DNA from: Eledone cirrhosa | Taxonomy: Eukaryota | NCBI GenBank assembly: GCA_964016885.1 | Contig: OZ024752.1 | Coordinates: 47,244,001-47,308,000 of the forward strand | Reading direction: 5' to 3' | Length of the DNA stretch: 64,000 nucleotides | Part shown: positions 27,003 to 42,456 of the stretch, in pieces | Position numbering within the stretch: the first letter of the stretch is position 1 | Layout: the number at the start of each line of letters is the position of its first letter | Program-made: the position numbers and the translations under genes | Notes under the pieces: generated by a model | What the model was told of the DNA's origin: nothing | Database searches by the model: none | The model's input: only the letters and a program-made list of their open reading frames with translations

Positions 27003-27147
27003 CGTGCATGGGCAAACTGTGGCCCATTTGGCTTTCTGAATGGCAGCTTAATTTCAAAACTGGCTTGAATATATTAATAGTGTGGTCCACCTTATGATGA
27101 GCCACATCTTATGTGGCCCCCTGCTCGAAAATGGTTGCCCATGCCTG
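27003..27147. mobile_element. hAT(Charlie)-like MITE remnant
   Basis: Ends GCATGGGCAA ... TTGCCCATGCCTG with internal TGTGGCCC motifs; no clear 8-bp target-site duplication. Confidence 0.5.
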
Positions 27148-27202
27148 CTCTAACTCATTAAAAAAAAATCAAAAAAAATTTAGAACTTTGTTTTTAAAAT
27201 AC

Positions 27203-27301
27203 CTGAGTGACTCTGGTTAACTGTTGAGGGGAAAAATGAGCTGCTAATCTGATGGTAGAAACTTCGTAAAATTTCTATTCGTTCTTTTCTGGATAAAGTT
27301 C
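27203..27301 (-). CDS. FUZ: Fuzzy planar cell polarity protein, third-from-last coding exon
   Basis: TTTCCAG| acceptor, CAG|GTAT donor, 99 bp, phase 1-1; TLSRKERIEILRSFYHQISSSFFP resembles human FUZ SPEQRRRLLRSFYTLVTSTHFP. Confidence 0.85.
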
Positions 27302-27727
27302 CTGGAAATACAATAAAATAACAGAAATTATTACTTTCTGGAGTTTGGTGTTCTTTTCTTTTTTTTTTGTTATTGTTTTATATTTTCTTTAACTCTTAAT
27401 ATCCTGTAATGATTTAGCAGAAACTATGGAAAAAAACCAAAACGTTTGTGAATCCAAATATTGATAGTGTCTTTACTAGCTGACAAATTGTTGTGAAAAT
27501 TTGCAGTATTATAATATAATAAAGGGAGGAGTGTGGGACTGTGTCCTGAATATATTTTTTTTATCCTGTTAGTAAAATAAGTTGGATTATTTACAATAAA
27601 TAATGAATGAATATTACATAATTTATCTACTAAATTTCGTAGCTGTTGATTAAACATAAATATTCTTATATATAATGATTGCTTATTTTAAGATTCACTT
27701 CTTTTAAAATTTTCGAAAGAAGGGAGA

Positions 27728-27773
27728 GAAGCTAACAGTCTGTTTCACGCTAGTTGGCGATCATCAGAGCCCC
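27728..27773 (-). ncRNA. Minimal type I hammerhead motif in the FUZ intron (sense)
   Basis: GGGGCT-CTGATGA-T CGC CAACTA GCG T-GAAA-CAG A CTG-TT-AGCTTC. Confidence 0.65.
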
Positions 27774-28713
27774 CCCCCCCCTGCTTCTGCCGAAAATAAT
27801 AGAAGCTGGATTCTTATAGAATTCCAGTAATAATCAGGAGCTGATTATACAGAGAGATTGTCAGGCCAGCAACAAATTAGGTATTAGGATTGGTGTTCTT
27901 CTAAATGTTTTTAACTAAACATATATTGCCAAATATACTATACATACATTCATATATACATCGCTATTTCAGAGCACCAATTCTAATCATCATCATCATC
28001 TTCGTTTAACGTCCATCTTCCACGCTAGCATGAGTTAGACGGGAGTTGTCTCACTTGAGGCAAGGTTGGTAGGGTGACCGTGTCTCGCTCATATAGGACT
28101 ATCTGGCAGGTTTTCTATGGCTAGATGCCCTTCCTAACACCAAACACATTTACAGTATGGAACTGGGAACTTTTTACTGTGTTACCTACACGGCCACATT
28201 ACAGCGTGGACTGTGTGTTTTTTTGTCGTGACACCTACACGATCTCGATCTCATTATCTCATTTATTTGGACTGGATGTTGTGGTACCAACTTTACAGAG
28301 AGAGGGTGGTGTTGGTGGGAGTGGGAGGATAGGGTAGGGGTAGTGGATTGGGGTGTATATTTGGTTAAGAGGTGCCTACTGACTGTAGGTTTCGCTTTGT
28401 ACATAGGCAAGGTGGGTCTTCTGTATTACTGCGTGGCACCAAAAATCTTGGTCCAGTGACATTGTCTTAGAGAGGTGCAAGTGTGTAAGGTCAGAATTTA
28501 TCAAATCGTCCCAGGTTTGTCTGGGTCTACCTACTCCGTAATATATATATATATATTTTGAGTATGTGTTGGTTGTTTACCGACACCTCAGTATGCAGGT
28601 TGGAGCACTCAAATGCTTCCAGTTCCTTTGAGGACTAACAACACACCCATCAATTAATTAACAGGGTAGAACCCATTACAACATCATGTCTTCCTGTTTT
28701 TTTCTGTTTAAAT

Positions 28714-28775
28714 TCTTACTGCCTGATGAGGTCATAGCTAATAATGGCTGTCACTGAAATATATATAACAGCGAA
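28714..28775 (+). ncRNA. Partly decayed hammerhead motif
   Basis: CTGATGA-GGT.ATAGCTA/TGGCTGT.ACT-GAAA-TATATA-TA; stem I has mismatches. Confidence 0.5.
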
Positions 28776-29789
28776 TGTGAATAAACGAAGCTAACTTTAC
28801 CATGTAGACTTATACTTCTTATTTTTATATATATATATATATTTAAGAGGTTTGTTTTACAATAACCGTTAGGTTCCAAGGTTGATCCCACTGTATATAT
28901 TCGTTGTAAAACAAACCTCTTAAACATTCAGCCTGGCTGCTTCCTCACTTAAAAATGTATCTATAGGGGAAGTATTTCTGCTTAAATTTTAATTAAATAT
29001 ATTGGAGAAGTTAAAATTATAATTAATTAAAGCTTTTACTAAAGATGCACTTTATTATAGTTAAAAACATCACTACCATTAAATTTTATAAATTAAAACT
29101 TTATATAAAAAGTATTCATTGCTATATTTTAATTAAATCCAACAAAGATATTAAAAATTTAATATTTAATTAAACAAGTGATTAATATTCTTCTTAGGTT
29201 TTCTTGCACTGTGTGTGTATGTATATATATATATATATATGTGTGTGTACGTTTGTAAACATGTACATTATGATGTATGAATATATGTGTGTGTATGTGT
29301 AATATATATATATCATCATTATCATCATCATCACCATTTTTACGTCTGTTCTTCCACGCTAGCATGGGTTAGACGGGTTGTCCTGTTGTGGGCAGTGTCC
29401 AGTCAGCTGACCTTGTCTTGCTCATACGGGAACTGATTCTGGCTTGATTTTTACAGTTGGATACCCTTCCAAACACCAACAGTGAGTGTTGGGTGCTTTT
29501 TTGCCATGGCACCTCCACAACCACTTTGCAGTGGAATGATATGGACCCCAGTCCCTATCATCTCATTTCTACAGCTGAGTAAACTGGAGCAATGTGAAAT
29601 AAAGTGTCTTGCTCAAGGAAACAACACATCACCCGGTCTGAGAATTGAACTCACAACCTTTCGATTGCAAGGACAATGCTCTAACCACTAAGCCATGTGC
29701 CTCCACACACACATATATAAACGTTAAATTATGATGATGGTGATGATATATATAAGATATTATATATATCACACACACAGACACACATT

Positions 29790-29967
<178 letters not shown>

Positions 29968-29992
29968 TATACACATATATATACATATATAT

Positions 29993-30087
<95 letters not shown>

Positions 30088-30173
30088 CAGATATATATAC
30101 ATATATATACACACATATATATATATATATATATGTGTATATATATGTATATATATGTGTATATATATGTATA

Positions 30174-30217
<44 letters not shown>

Positions 30218-30219
30218 AT

Positions 30220-31940
30220 ATAAGATCAAAAGATGGTTAAAGGAGTTCAATATATTTTATTATGCGCATTTCAAAAACAAACATCATCAAACAATAATAT
30301 TTGTGTTTTCATCAGATAAAACAGGAGAACATGATATGAAGGCTAAAAAAAACACTTGTTGATAGTGCAGTTTTAAATCAACATATGAAAAGTGGTTTTA
30401 GATTGATGTGTGATATTGGGAAAAATATTTTATTTAGAGAGGGGGGGAGAGAAAAGGATGAAAAGGGAAGGAGATGAGAGGGAGAGATGGGTGATAGAGA
30501 GAAAGAGATAGTTTTTATAACAGAGAGGAGATATATTTTATATAGAGGGGTTGAAAACCGTTGGAAGATACTGTATAAATTAAAAATTTTGAAAATTAAC
30601 GAAGGGAGGATATGTGCGAGGAAAAAATATATTATATTTAGGGAGGGGTGGGGGTGGAAAGGATGAAAAAAAGGGGAGGAGATGAGAGTGAAGGTGGAAA
30701 GGGAGAGATGGGTGATAGAGAGAAAGAGATAGTTTTTATAACTGAGAAAAAGATATAATGTTTTAATATAGAGAGGTTGGGAACCGTTGGAAGATAATGT
30801 ATAAATTAAAGGAATTTGAAAATTAACGAAGGGAAATTATGTATGGAGATAGAGAGAAAAAAATAACGAAGGGAGATTATGTATGGAGATAGAGAGAAAA
30901 AAAATAATAATTGTGGGTGAATATTCAAAAGGAGAAATGTAGGAATTTTAAAATTAGCAAAGAGAAAAAGTTTATGTATAGGATTTGAGAAAAATAATGT
31001 GAAGTTAGAGTTTTTATATTGAATTCATATGTATTAATAATGAGTTCGTTGATGGGGAGAAAAAAATAATAATAAATTAAGGATGAAATTGAGATTAAAA
31101 AGATTTATGATAGAGAGAAAAAATAATAATGATTGCGGATGAATACTCAAAATGTCAAAAACAAATGTTATTGTTTTACGAGGAGATATAATGAGGGTGA
31201 TGAGTAAACGGGTATTATAGAGTGTATAATGCCCTTTAAAGTAAGGTAGATGGGTATATTTTAAAGAATATATGAGTATATATTAAAAAAAATATATAAT
31301 AATAAATTAAGGATGAAATTGAGATTAAAAAGATTTATGATAGAGGGAAAAAAAAATAATAATGATTGCGGATGAATATTCAAAATGTCAAAAACAAATG
31401 TTATTGTTTTACGAGAAGATAGGATGAGGTAAATGAGTAAACGAGTACTATAGAGTGTATAATGCCCTTTAAAGTAAGGTAGATGGGTATATTTTAAAGA
31501 GGTGTATGTATATGTGCCTTTGAGAAAAGATTCTAAATTGATAAAGAATTGAATATTAACTGTATACTTTGTGAAAAGTTCTATGGAATTTATGCAGGCA
31601 GATGGAAAACAAATCCGAGCGTCTATTTATTATGGATTCTAGGTTAGAGATAATGGTAAATTTTTCATTTAGGCAGAGATTACAGATTTTAGATAGAGAA
31701 CTGTTCAAGTACGAGGATGCAGAAGAAATCTTTTTCCAAAAGATGTTATATTTAATGTTTTTGTCTTTTAAGGACCATATGAGTTCTGAGAGAGCAGTGT
31801 TAGTTCTTTTAAGTTTGTATTTGAAAGATGAATGATGATTATAGAGACGAGCTTTAAAAGAGGTGGAAGTGGAGCCAAAATAGGTGAAGGAGTTGGTGCT
31901 AGTTATAATTTTACATTCATAAATTATATTATGCATACTC
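30220..31940 (-). mobile_element. 5'-truncated Penelope-like retroelement (GIY-YIG endonuclease ORF end at 31556-31935, long 3' region, terminal hammerhead)
   Basis: [56 protein letters not shown], typical of PLE GIY-YIG C-termini; long (TA)n tracts on both sides. Confidence 0.85.
30253..30323 (-). ncRNA. Minimal type I hammerhead at the 3' end of a Penelope-like element
   Basis: TGTTTTAT-CTGATGA-long stem II-GAAA-TGCGCA-TA-ATAAAATA; palindromic stem III (TGCGCA). Confidence 0.82.
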
Positions 31941-32032
31941 CAGTCCCACAAACTGTAGAGTGCTTCTTATCCGATATCTGCATTGCTTTATTGTACTACA
32001 ATAAAACTCACCTCCTATATATACATATATAC

Positions 32033-32113
<81 letters not shown>

Positions 32114-32126
32114 TATACATATATAT

Positions 32127-32181
<55 letters not shown>

Positions 32182-32200
32182 TACATATATATATATACAC

Positions 32201-32231
<31 letters not shown>

Positions 32232-32785
32232 AGAGTGTTATCTTAGTTGTTCTGTAGTAACCTCCTGATGGTAAGCAGGTCCTAGCCATCCAAAGCACTC
32301 CACGTCAGTAGTTTATCCCAGGTAGGTGATAATGAGTGACGGAGTATTCATTTATCAAATAATTGTTTCTACTTTTGGCACAAGGCCGGCAATTATCCAG
32401 TGCATTACTGGTACTAATGGTTGTTAAGACGAGATTTTATTTCAGGGCAATTGTCCCCTTTGCCACCACCCCCATTAATTCCAGCCCTGGCTTTTGGTCA
32501 ACTCGACCCTTTGGTAGACAGTAACTGTTTGGAAGCCCATCAGTTGGACTATACCCGTAATTCAGAAGGGGCTGACCTTGTCACACAACATGTTGTACTG
32601 AACAACCACCAGAAGATCATTAAGCATACACATATCCATAGAATGCTCAGACACTTGCAATTGAACGTTAATTTCCCAAGTAGGCTGTGTGGCACTGATG
32701 GGACAATTGATACACTCATCGTTGAAACCAACTGAGGTCCGATTCAAAGGGAAGACATAACAGAAATCCTACTTCCAATATTTAA

Positions 32786-33655
32786 ACAACCACTTAACCA
32801 ACAACCAGCTAACCAACAACCAGCTAACCAACAACCAACTAACCAACAACCAGCTAATCAACAACCACTTAACCAACAACCAGCTAACCAACAACCAGCT
32901 AACCAACAATCAGCTAACCAACAACCAGCTAACCAACAACCAGCTAACCAACAACCACTTAACCAACAACCAGCTAACCAACAACCAGCTAACCAACAAC
33001 CAGCTAACCAACAACCAGCTAACCAACAACCACTTAACCAACAACCAGCTAACCAACAACCAGCTAACCAACAACCAGCTAACCAACAACCAGCTAACCA
33101 ACAACCAGCTAACCAACAACCACTTAACCAACAACCAGCTAACCAACAACCAGCTAACCAACAACCACTTAACCAACAACCAGCTAACCAACAACCAGCT
33201 AACCAACAACCACTTAACCAACAACCAGCTAACCAACAACCAGCTAACCAACAACCAGCTAACCAATAACCAGCTAACCAACAACCAGCTAACCAACAAC
33301 CACTTAACCAACAACCAGCTAACCAACAATCAGCTAACCAACAACCAGCTAACCAACAACCAGCTAACCAACAACCAGCTAACCAACAACCACTTAACCA
33401 ACAACCAGCTAACCAACAACCAGCTAACCAACAACCAGCTAACCAACAACCAGCTAACCAACAACCAGCTAACCAACAACCAGCTAACCAACAACCAGCT
33501 AACCAACAACCACTTAACCAACAACCAGCTAACCAACAACCAGCTAACCAACAACCACTTAACCAACAACCAGCTAACCAACAACCAGCTAACCAACAAC
33601 CAGCTAACCAACAACCACTTAACCAACAACCAGCTAACCAACAACCAGCTAACCA
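32786..33655 (+). repeat. 15-bp minisatellite (AACCAACAACCAGCT)
   Basis: ~58 near-perfect units with a recurring CACTT variant. Confidence 0.95.
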
Positions 33656-35394
33656 TAGAAAACTAAACAACAACAAAAACAACAACTAAAAAAAAATGAT
33701 TAAAAAAAAAATCTATTAATAATAAAAGGTTTATTTTGTAAAGGTGTTCCATGACCTGACAGTTTGTTATTTAAGTGTAGAATGTCACACTGGCAAGGGA
33801 TATGAGAAAGTCTTGCTTCTGGCAAGGTTAAAATAGTAAAATGAAAGAATATAGAAAAAAAAAAATATATGAAGAAAATATGTATATAAACAAAAGAGGT
33901 TTTGGTAAAAATACTTGGGGAAAAATTCTCATTGAATTTAGATTAACTTTTGATGAAAACTCACTGGGATTACTGATAATCTAACTAAAATATAAACTAT
34001 ACATTTTTATCAATGGAAATATTAAAATATATATATGTATGTATGAATATGTATGAATATGTATATGTATGTATGTATGTATATGTATGTGTGTATGTGT
34101 GTATGCATGTGTATGTATGTATGTATGCATGTGTATGTATGCATGTATATGTATGTGTGTGTATGTATGTATGTATGTGTGTGTATGTATGTATGCATGT
34201 GTATGTATGCATGTATATGTATGTGTGTGTATGTATGCATGTATATGTATGTGTGTGTATGTATGTATGTATGTGCGTGTGTGTGTGTGTATGAATGTAT
34301 ATGTATGTATATGCATATATATATATATATGTATGCATGTATATGTATGTATGTAAATGTATGCATGAATGAATATATATGTATGCATGTGTGTGTATAC
34401 GTATGTATGAATATGTATGTATGTGTGTATGTATATGTATGTATGTGTACTTGCATTTATGTGTGTGAGTGTATATATACATATATACATACATATGTAT
34501 GTGTACATGCACACACACACACATATATATATATATGTATATATATATATACACACACACATATATATATATATATAGGCAAATAAAGAGTCAAATTTCA
34601 TGGGAATTATGATCAAAGAAATTAAAGTTTGAAAAGAAAAGTCACCGTTTCTTGAAATTTGAAATTGCTTGGCTGACTATTTGAAAGAAACTCCCCATTT
34701 CAGTCAAATTATGATTTGATCCTTTTCAAAAAATTTTTAAAGGAAAATATTCTCCATTTTATTGACATTGTCAATGAATTGGTTAAGGTTTGAGAAGAAA
34801 GCACAAATATTAAAAAAAATATTTTACCTTCAATGTAGCTATGATTGATCTAAATCTTGTTGATTTGAAGTGAAAGCAAAAATAATTATTTCATTGATAG
34901 TATTTGTCAACATATTAAGGTTTGAGCTGGAAGGCCAGCCATCTTTGATTTTAATGTTTTTTTTTTAGTTAGAAAGATTTTAAAAATCTTTTTTTGGTTC
35001 TTATTGAAAAATATGGTCAATCTAAGTATAAAATTTGAAAGAGAAACATGTCTACCATACATTGAAATTGTAACAGAATCGTTGAGAAATATATATTATC
35101 TGTTAAAACATATAAATTTGAAAATAAAACATTTGTAAAAAGAATGAAAAAAAAAGTCAAGCAGTGAAATCTGAAGATGATTTAATGTTATGGCTGAAAT
35201 TAAAGAATGTTTTTTGGCCTATCACAGGAAAATCTGAGAAAGGATTTCCTTTTGGCTTTTAACGGAAATTAAAAAGTAAAAAATAGGGAAAATATACAAA
35301 TATACACATATACAGAAACATATGTGGTAACATATGTGAACACTGGCACACTTACATATGTACATACACACACACACACTGATGGAGAGATATA

Positions 35395-35465
<71 letters not shown>

Positions 35466-35611
35466 ACACACACACATACTCACACACACACACACATACA
35501 CCCACACAGAAGCAGAGTAGACTCATCTTAAGTAATGAAATAGGAATACAAAGGAAATTAAAATTCTCTATATATTTGTATATATATTGCATACATACAC
35601 ACACATACATA

Positions 35612-35650
<39 letters not shown>

Positions 35651-35663
35651 TATATACACACAT

Positions 35664-35704
<41 letters not shown>

Positions 35705-36054
35705 TATACACACACACATATATATATACACACACATACATATACATATATATTTTATATATATATATATATATATGCAAGCGTGGAAGATGGACATTAA
35801 ACGATGATGATGATGATATATATATATATATACATGTACACACATATATCCCAAATATGTATATGTGTGTCTGTATAGGAGTGTATATATTTATATATTT
35901 ATATATATATATATACACACACACATATATATATACACATATATATACATACACATATATATATACACATATATATACATACACATATATATATATCTAC
36001 ACATATATATATACATATATATACATATACATCTATATATATATATATATACAA

Positions 36055-36209
<155 letters not shown>

Positions 36210-36276
36210 TATACATATATATACATACATATATATACATATATATATATATATACATATATATACATATATATAC

Positions 36277-36309
<33 letters not shown>

Positions 36310-36491
36310 CATACATATATATATACCCAGGCTAGCATGGAAGATAGGCCTTAAATGATGATGATGATGATGATGATGATATATATATATATATATACAT
36401 ATATATATACATATATACATATATATATACATATATATACATATATACATATATATATACATATATATACACATATATATACATATATATA

Positions 36492-36532
<41 letters not shown>

Positions 36533-37135
36533 GCAGGGATGATCGTTTAATAAATAAATGCTAGCTGGATAAACAAAGAGAAATATGAAGCAGGGTGATT
36601 GTAAAAACAAATAAAATTGCAGACAAAATGGAAGACAAAATGGAAGACAAATTTACTGAACTTTCCGGAAACCATTGTTGATATTTTGAATTTGTCTGAA
36701 AAATTGATGAGGCTTAAAATTTAGATAATATAAAAAAATATGCATTTTTTATTCCTATTCTTGTTATTATTTTATTTCAACCTCTGTTTTTTTACACGCA
36801 GAAATGCCCATTTGTACCGTCCTGTATTGTCCTGTACTGTCCTTAATGTCTACTTTATGTGAACCCTTGTGGTTAATAAAGAAAACATTATTAAAAAATA
36901 AAAAAAAAATATTATTATTATTATTATTATTATTGTTGTTGCATTTTTGTTGTCGTTTTTATTATTATTTATGAGTTCAAATCCCGCCGAGGTTAACTTT
37001 GCCTTTCATCCAAACGGGGTCGATAAAATAAAGTACCAGTAATGTACTGGGGTCAATTTAATCGACTTCCCCCTCCTCCAAATTACTGGCTTTGTGCCTT
37101 TATAAGAAATCATTATTATTATTAGCAGCAGTAGC

Positions 37136-37178
<43 letters not shown>

Positions 37179-37337
37179 TTTATACATGTGTAATTATTGG
37201 GTCAAAATAATATTATTAATAATAATTATAAAAAACAACACCAACAATGGCAGGAAGTAACATTTAAAATATAATCTCAATATATATATATAAATAATCA
37301 AACACAAAATTCAATATATGATAACTTAAGTAAACAT

Positions 37338-37422
<85 letters not shown>

Positions 37423-37524
37423 ATATATATATGGGGGAGACAGATGTATTGTATTGTGTGTGCACATATATATAAATATATATATATATATCTGTTCATA
37501 TATCATACATGTATATAAGTGTTC

Positions 37525-37589
<65 letters not shown>

Positions 37590-37617
37590 TATTGATTGTA
37601 TATATATATTTATATTA

Positions 37618-37662
<45 letters not shown>

Positions 37663-37803
37663 ATATAAATATATAATATAGATATATATAAATATATAAT
37701 ATAGATATCTATATCTATAATATATATATATATATATAATTTGTTGTGGAACTAATTCTATATATATACACATGGAGAGCGAGAGGGAAAAAGATATCCA
37801 TAC

Positions 37804-37863
<60 letters not shown>

Positions 37864-37881
37864 GTACATACATATATATAT

Positions 37882-37930
<49 letters not shown>

Positions 37931-38374
37931 TGTACATACATATATATATATACACATATATATAAATATGTACATACATATATATATATATGTATATATA
38001 CATACAGAATTAAATGTAAAAATCAAATATTTATACAGGTTGAACATGAGGAGTGTTGTGAAATACAATATGTTTTATCAGGAAGCAAAATGGGAGATAG
38101 ACCAAATATTGGGGGAAAAAACAAAATCTTTGAGTAAATATAACTAAACTATCAAACAATATCCTTTTACTCAGCATCACCACTGTAACCCCTCTCTTCT
38201 CTTCATTAATCATCAATATCATCACTATCATCATCCTTAACTTTCCTCCGTCTATTTCAAATATTTCTCTATCCCCCCCCCCCTTCTCCATCCAGGATTG
38301 AGATGAAAATAGACTGATAAATAAATAAATAAATAAATAAATAAATGAATAAATAAATGAATGTGTTCATGTGT

Positions 38375-38417
<43 letters not shown>

Positions 38418-38470
38418 CACACACAGATTCATATATATATATATATATATATATAAGCACACACGGATTC

Positions 38471-38525
<55 letters not shown>

Positions 38526-38540
38526 AGCACACACAGATTC

Positions 38541-38571
<31 letters not shown>

Positions 38572-38639
38572 AATGAAACAAACAAAACACAGGAGGCAAA
38601 ATTACAGTTACATTAGGTTCACACACATATATATAGGTT

Positions 38640-38758
<119 letters not shown>

Positions 38759-38784
38759 TTATGTCTATATAAATATGTATACAC

Positions 38785-38820
<36 letters not shown>

Positions 38821-38827
38821 GTGTATA

Positions 38828-38858
<31 letters not shown>

Positions 38859-38859
38859 G

Positions 38860-38907
<48 letters not shown>

Positions 38908-39149
38908 ATGACCAGGAAGTAGGATGGATGACAGAATCTTTGAAAAAAAATATGTCTAACTGTAATTGCTGTTAGTCAACTTTTCTTTGAACAATCATAT
39001 CAAAAATAATTCCAATCCATAACATCATATCACTGAATGTGTATATGTGCATATCTATATATATATATGTGTCTATATATATATGTGTCTGTATATATAT
39101 GTGTGTATATATATGTTTCTATATATATATATATGTAATTAAGAATGTA

Positions 39150-39825
39150 GGCTTCACATGCAGCAGCTGTGCTGGGACAGCAAGCAGGAAACAAGTACCA
39201 CCAATCTCTGGGAGGGCTCTGTAGAAACAGTAGACAGCTACTGCTACCTAGGTGACCGAATTAGCAGTGGAGGTGGGTGTTCAGAAAGTACAATAACTAG
39301 GGTAAGAACGGGATGGAAGAAGTTTAGGGAACTACTGCCACTGCTAGCTGCAAAAGGCTTCTCCCTCAAAATGAAAGGCAGACTGTATGATGCGTGTATC
39401 CGAACAGCGATGTTACATGGTAGTGAGACCTGGGCGCTGAAGGTGGAAGACTTACGTAGATTAGAGAGAAACGAAGCCTGCATGCTCCGATGGATGTGTA
39501 ATAGTAATATACGCGAACGACAAAGCATAAATGAATTAAGAGAGAGACTGAGCATAAGAGGAATCAAATGCTGTGTGCAGGAGAGGCGGTTGCGTTGGTA
39601 TGGACATGTGATGCGTATGAAGGATGACAGCTGCATAAAAAGGTGCAGAGCACTAGAAGTCGATGGAAACCGCGGAGTGGGGAGACCCAAGATGACCTAG
39701 GATGAGGTGATAAAAGCCGACCTTACCCAATTACACCTCTCAAAGGCGATGACACACGACCGTGACCTCTGGCGTCACGCAGTAATACAGAGTACCCGAC
39801 CTCCCATGGGTACAAGCTGAAGCAT
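39150..39825 (+). mobile_element. RTE-clade LINE ORF2 3' fragment
   Basis: VETVDSYCYLGDRISSGGGCS..KGRLYDACIRTAMLHGSETW..RRLRWYGHVMR..GRPK; related short fragments at ~20820-20980, 26105-26400, 28420-28540, 53757-53945 and 59967-60215. Confidence 0.88.
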
Positions 39826-40225
39826 ATAGACAATATGCCCCCACACCCTCCACCGCAAGGTGGTCGTGGAGGTGCCACGGCAAAAAAGCACCCAGCCCAC
39901 ACTGTAAAGTGGACGTGTAGGCGCCACGGAAAAAAAGCACCCAGCACTCACTGTAAATGAGGTTGGTGTTAGGAAGGGCATCCTGCTGTAGAAATCAAGC
40001 CAAAATCAGTTCCTGTATGAGCAAGGCATGGTCAGCCGACCAGACGCTGCCCACAACAGGACAACCCGTCTAACCCATGCTAGCGTGGAAGAACGGACGT
40101 AAAACGGTGATGATGATGATGATGATGATATATGGCGGGATTTGAACTCAGACCGTAAAGGGACATAACTATGCTGGAAAGCATGGCGTCCGACCCTCTA
40201 CTGATACTGCCAATCCAACACCCTT

Positions 40226-40274
<49 letters not shown>

Positions 40275-40624
40275 AGCAAATAAACTGTGATTTTTTTTAT
40301 GAAATCACATTTTAAATTAGAATGTAATAAATAAAATAGATGCTAATAAAAATAATAATGACTGAGAAATAAGTTAATAAAGAAGACAATGAGGAAGTGA
40401 CAATTAATAATTTAAAAGTTAAATGAATAAATGAATAAATGAAGATAAGTTGGATTCTAAAAGATGGTAATGACAAAACAATGGCAACAATGGAATTTTT
40501 AATTAACACTAAATATATAATTAGATAAAATTATGTATATGAAATATTAAACAGCTAAATAATATACACACAGTCAGACAGACACATACACACACACACA
40601 CATATATATATATATATTTATATA

Positions 40625-42418
40625 TACATATACATACACTCAAACCCTACCACACACACACACACATATATATATATATGTGTATACATACATACATATA
40701 CATACAGTCAAACTCTACCACACACATGTATATATATATATACATATACATACACTCAAACCCTACCACACACACATATATATATATACATACATATACA
40801 TACATATACATACACTCAAACCCTACCACACATATATATATATATACATACATATACATACATATACATACACTCAAGCCCTACCACACATATATATATA
40901 TATACATACATATACATACACTCAAACCCTACCACACATATATATATATATATATACATACATATACATACATATACATACACTCAAACCCTACCACACA
41001 CACATCTATACATATACATACATATACATACACTCAAACCCTACCACACACATATATATATACATACATATACATACATATACATACACTCAAGCCCTAC
41101 CACACACACATATATATATATATACATACATATACATACATATACATACACTCAAACCCTACCACACACACATATATATATATACATACATATACATACA
41201 TATACATACACTCAAACCCTACCACACACATATATATATATATACATACATATACATACATATACATACACTCAAACCCTACCACACACACATCTATACA
41301 TATACATACATATACATACACTCAAACCCTACCACACACATATATATATACATACATATACATACATATACATACACTCAAGCCCTACCACACACACATA
41401 TATATATATATACATACATATACATACATATACATACACTCAAGCCCTACCACACACATATATATATATATATATACATATACATACATATACATACACT
41501 CAAACCCTACCACACACACATATATATATATACATACATATACATACATATACATACACTCAAACCCTACCACACACATATATATATACATACATATACA
41601 TACATATACATACACTCAAGCCCTACCACACACACATATATATATATATACATACATATACATACATATACATACACTCAAGCCCTACCACACACATATA
41701 TATATATATATATACATATACATACATATACATACACTCAAACCCTACCACACACACATATATATATATACATACATATACATACATATACATACACTCA
41801 AACCCTACCACACACATATATATATACATACATATACATACATATACATACACTCAAGCCCTACCACACACACATATATATATATATACATACATATACA
41901 TACATATACATACACTCAAACCCTACCACACACATATATATATACATACATATACATACATATACATACACTCAAACCCTACCACACATATATATATATA
42001 TATACATACATATACATACACTCAAACCCTACCACACATATATATATATATACATACATATACATACACTCAAGCCCTACCACACACATATATATATACA
42101 TACATACATATACATACATATACATACACTCAAACCCTACCACACACATATATATATACATACATATACATACACTCAAACCCTACCACACATATATATA
42201 TATATACATACATATACATACATATACATACACTCAAACCCTACCACACATATATATATATATACATACATATACATACATATACATACACTCAAACCCT
42301 ACCACACACATATATATATATACATACATATACATACATATACATACACTCAAGCCCTACCACACATATATATATATATACATACATATACATACATATA
42401 CATACACTCAAACCCTAC

Positions 42419-42456
<38 letters not shown>

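Noticed and set aside
32660-32725. PSVPHSLL resembling FUZ PTVPHRLL
   Set aside because: The surrounding residues do not fit FUZ, and splicing its donor to 27301 gives a frame with an early stop
32858-33685. (WLAGC)n pentapeptide-repeat ORF
   Set aside because: Translation of a near-perfect 15-bp minisatellite with no synonymous variation
35165-35215. CTGAAGA..GAAA hammerhead-like match
   Set aside because: No convincing stem II and a G at the cleavage position; likely chance
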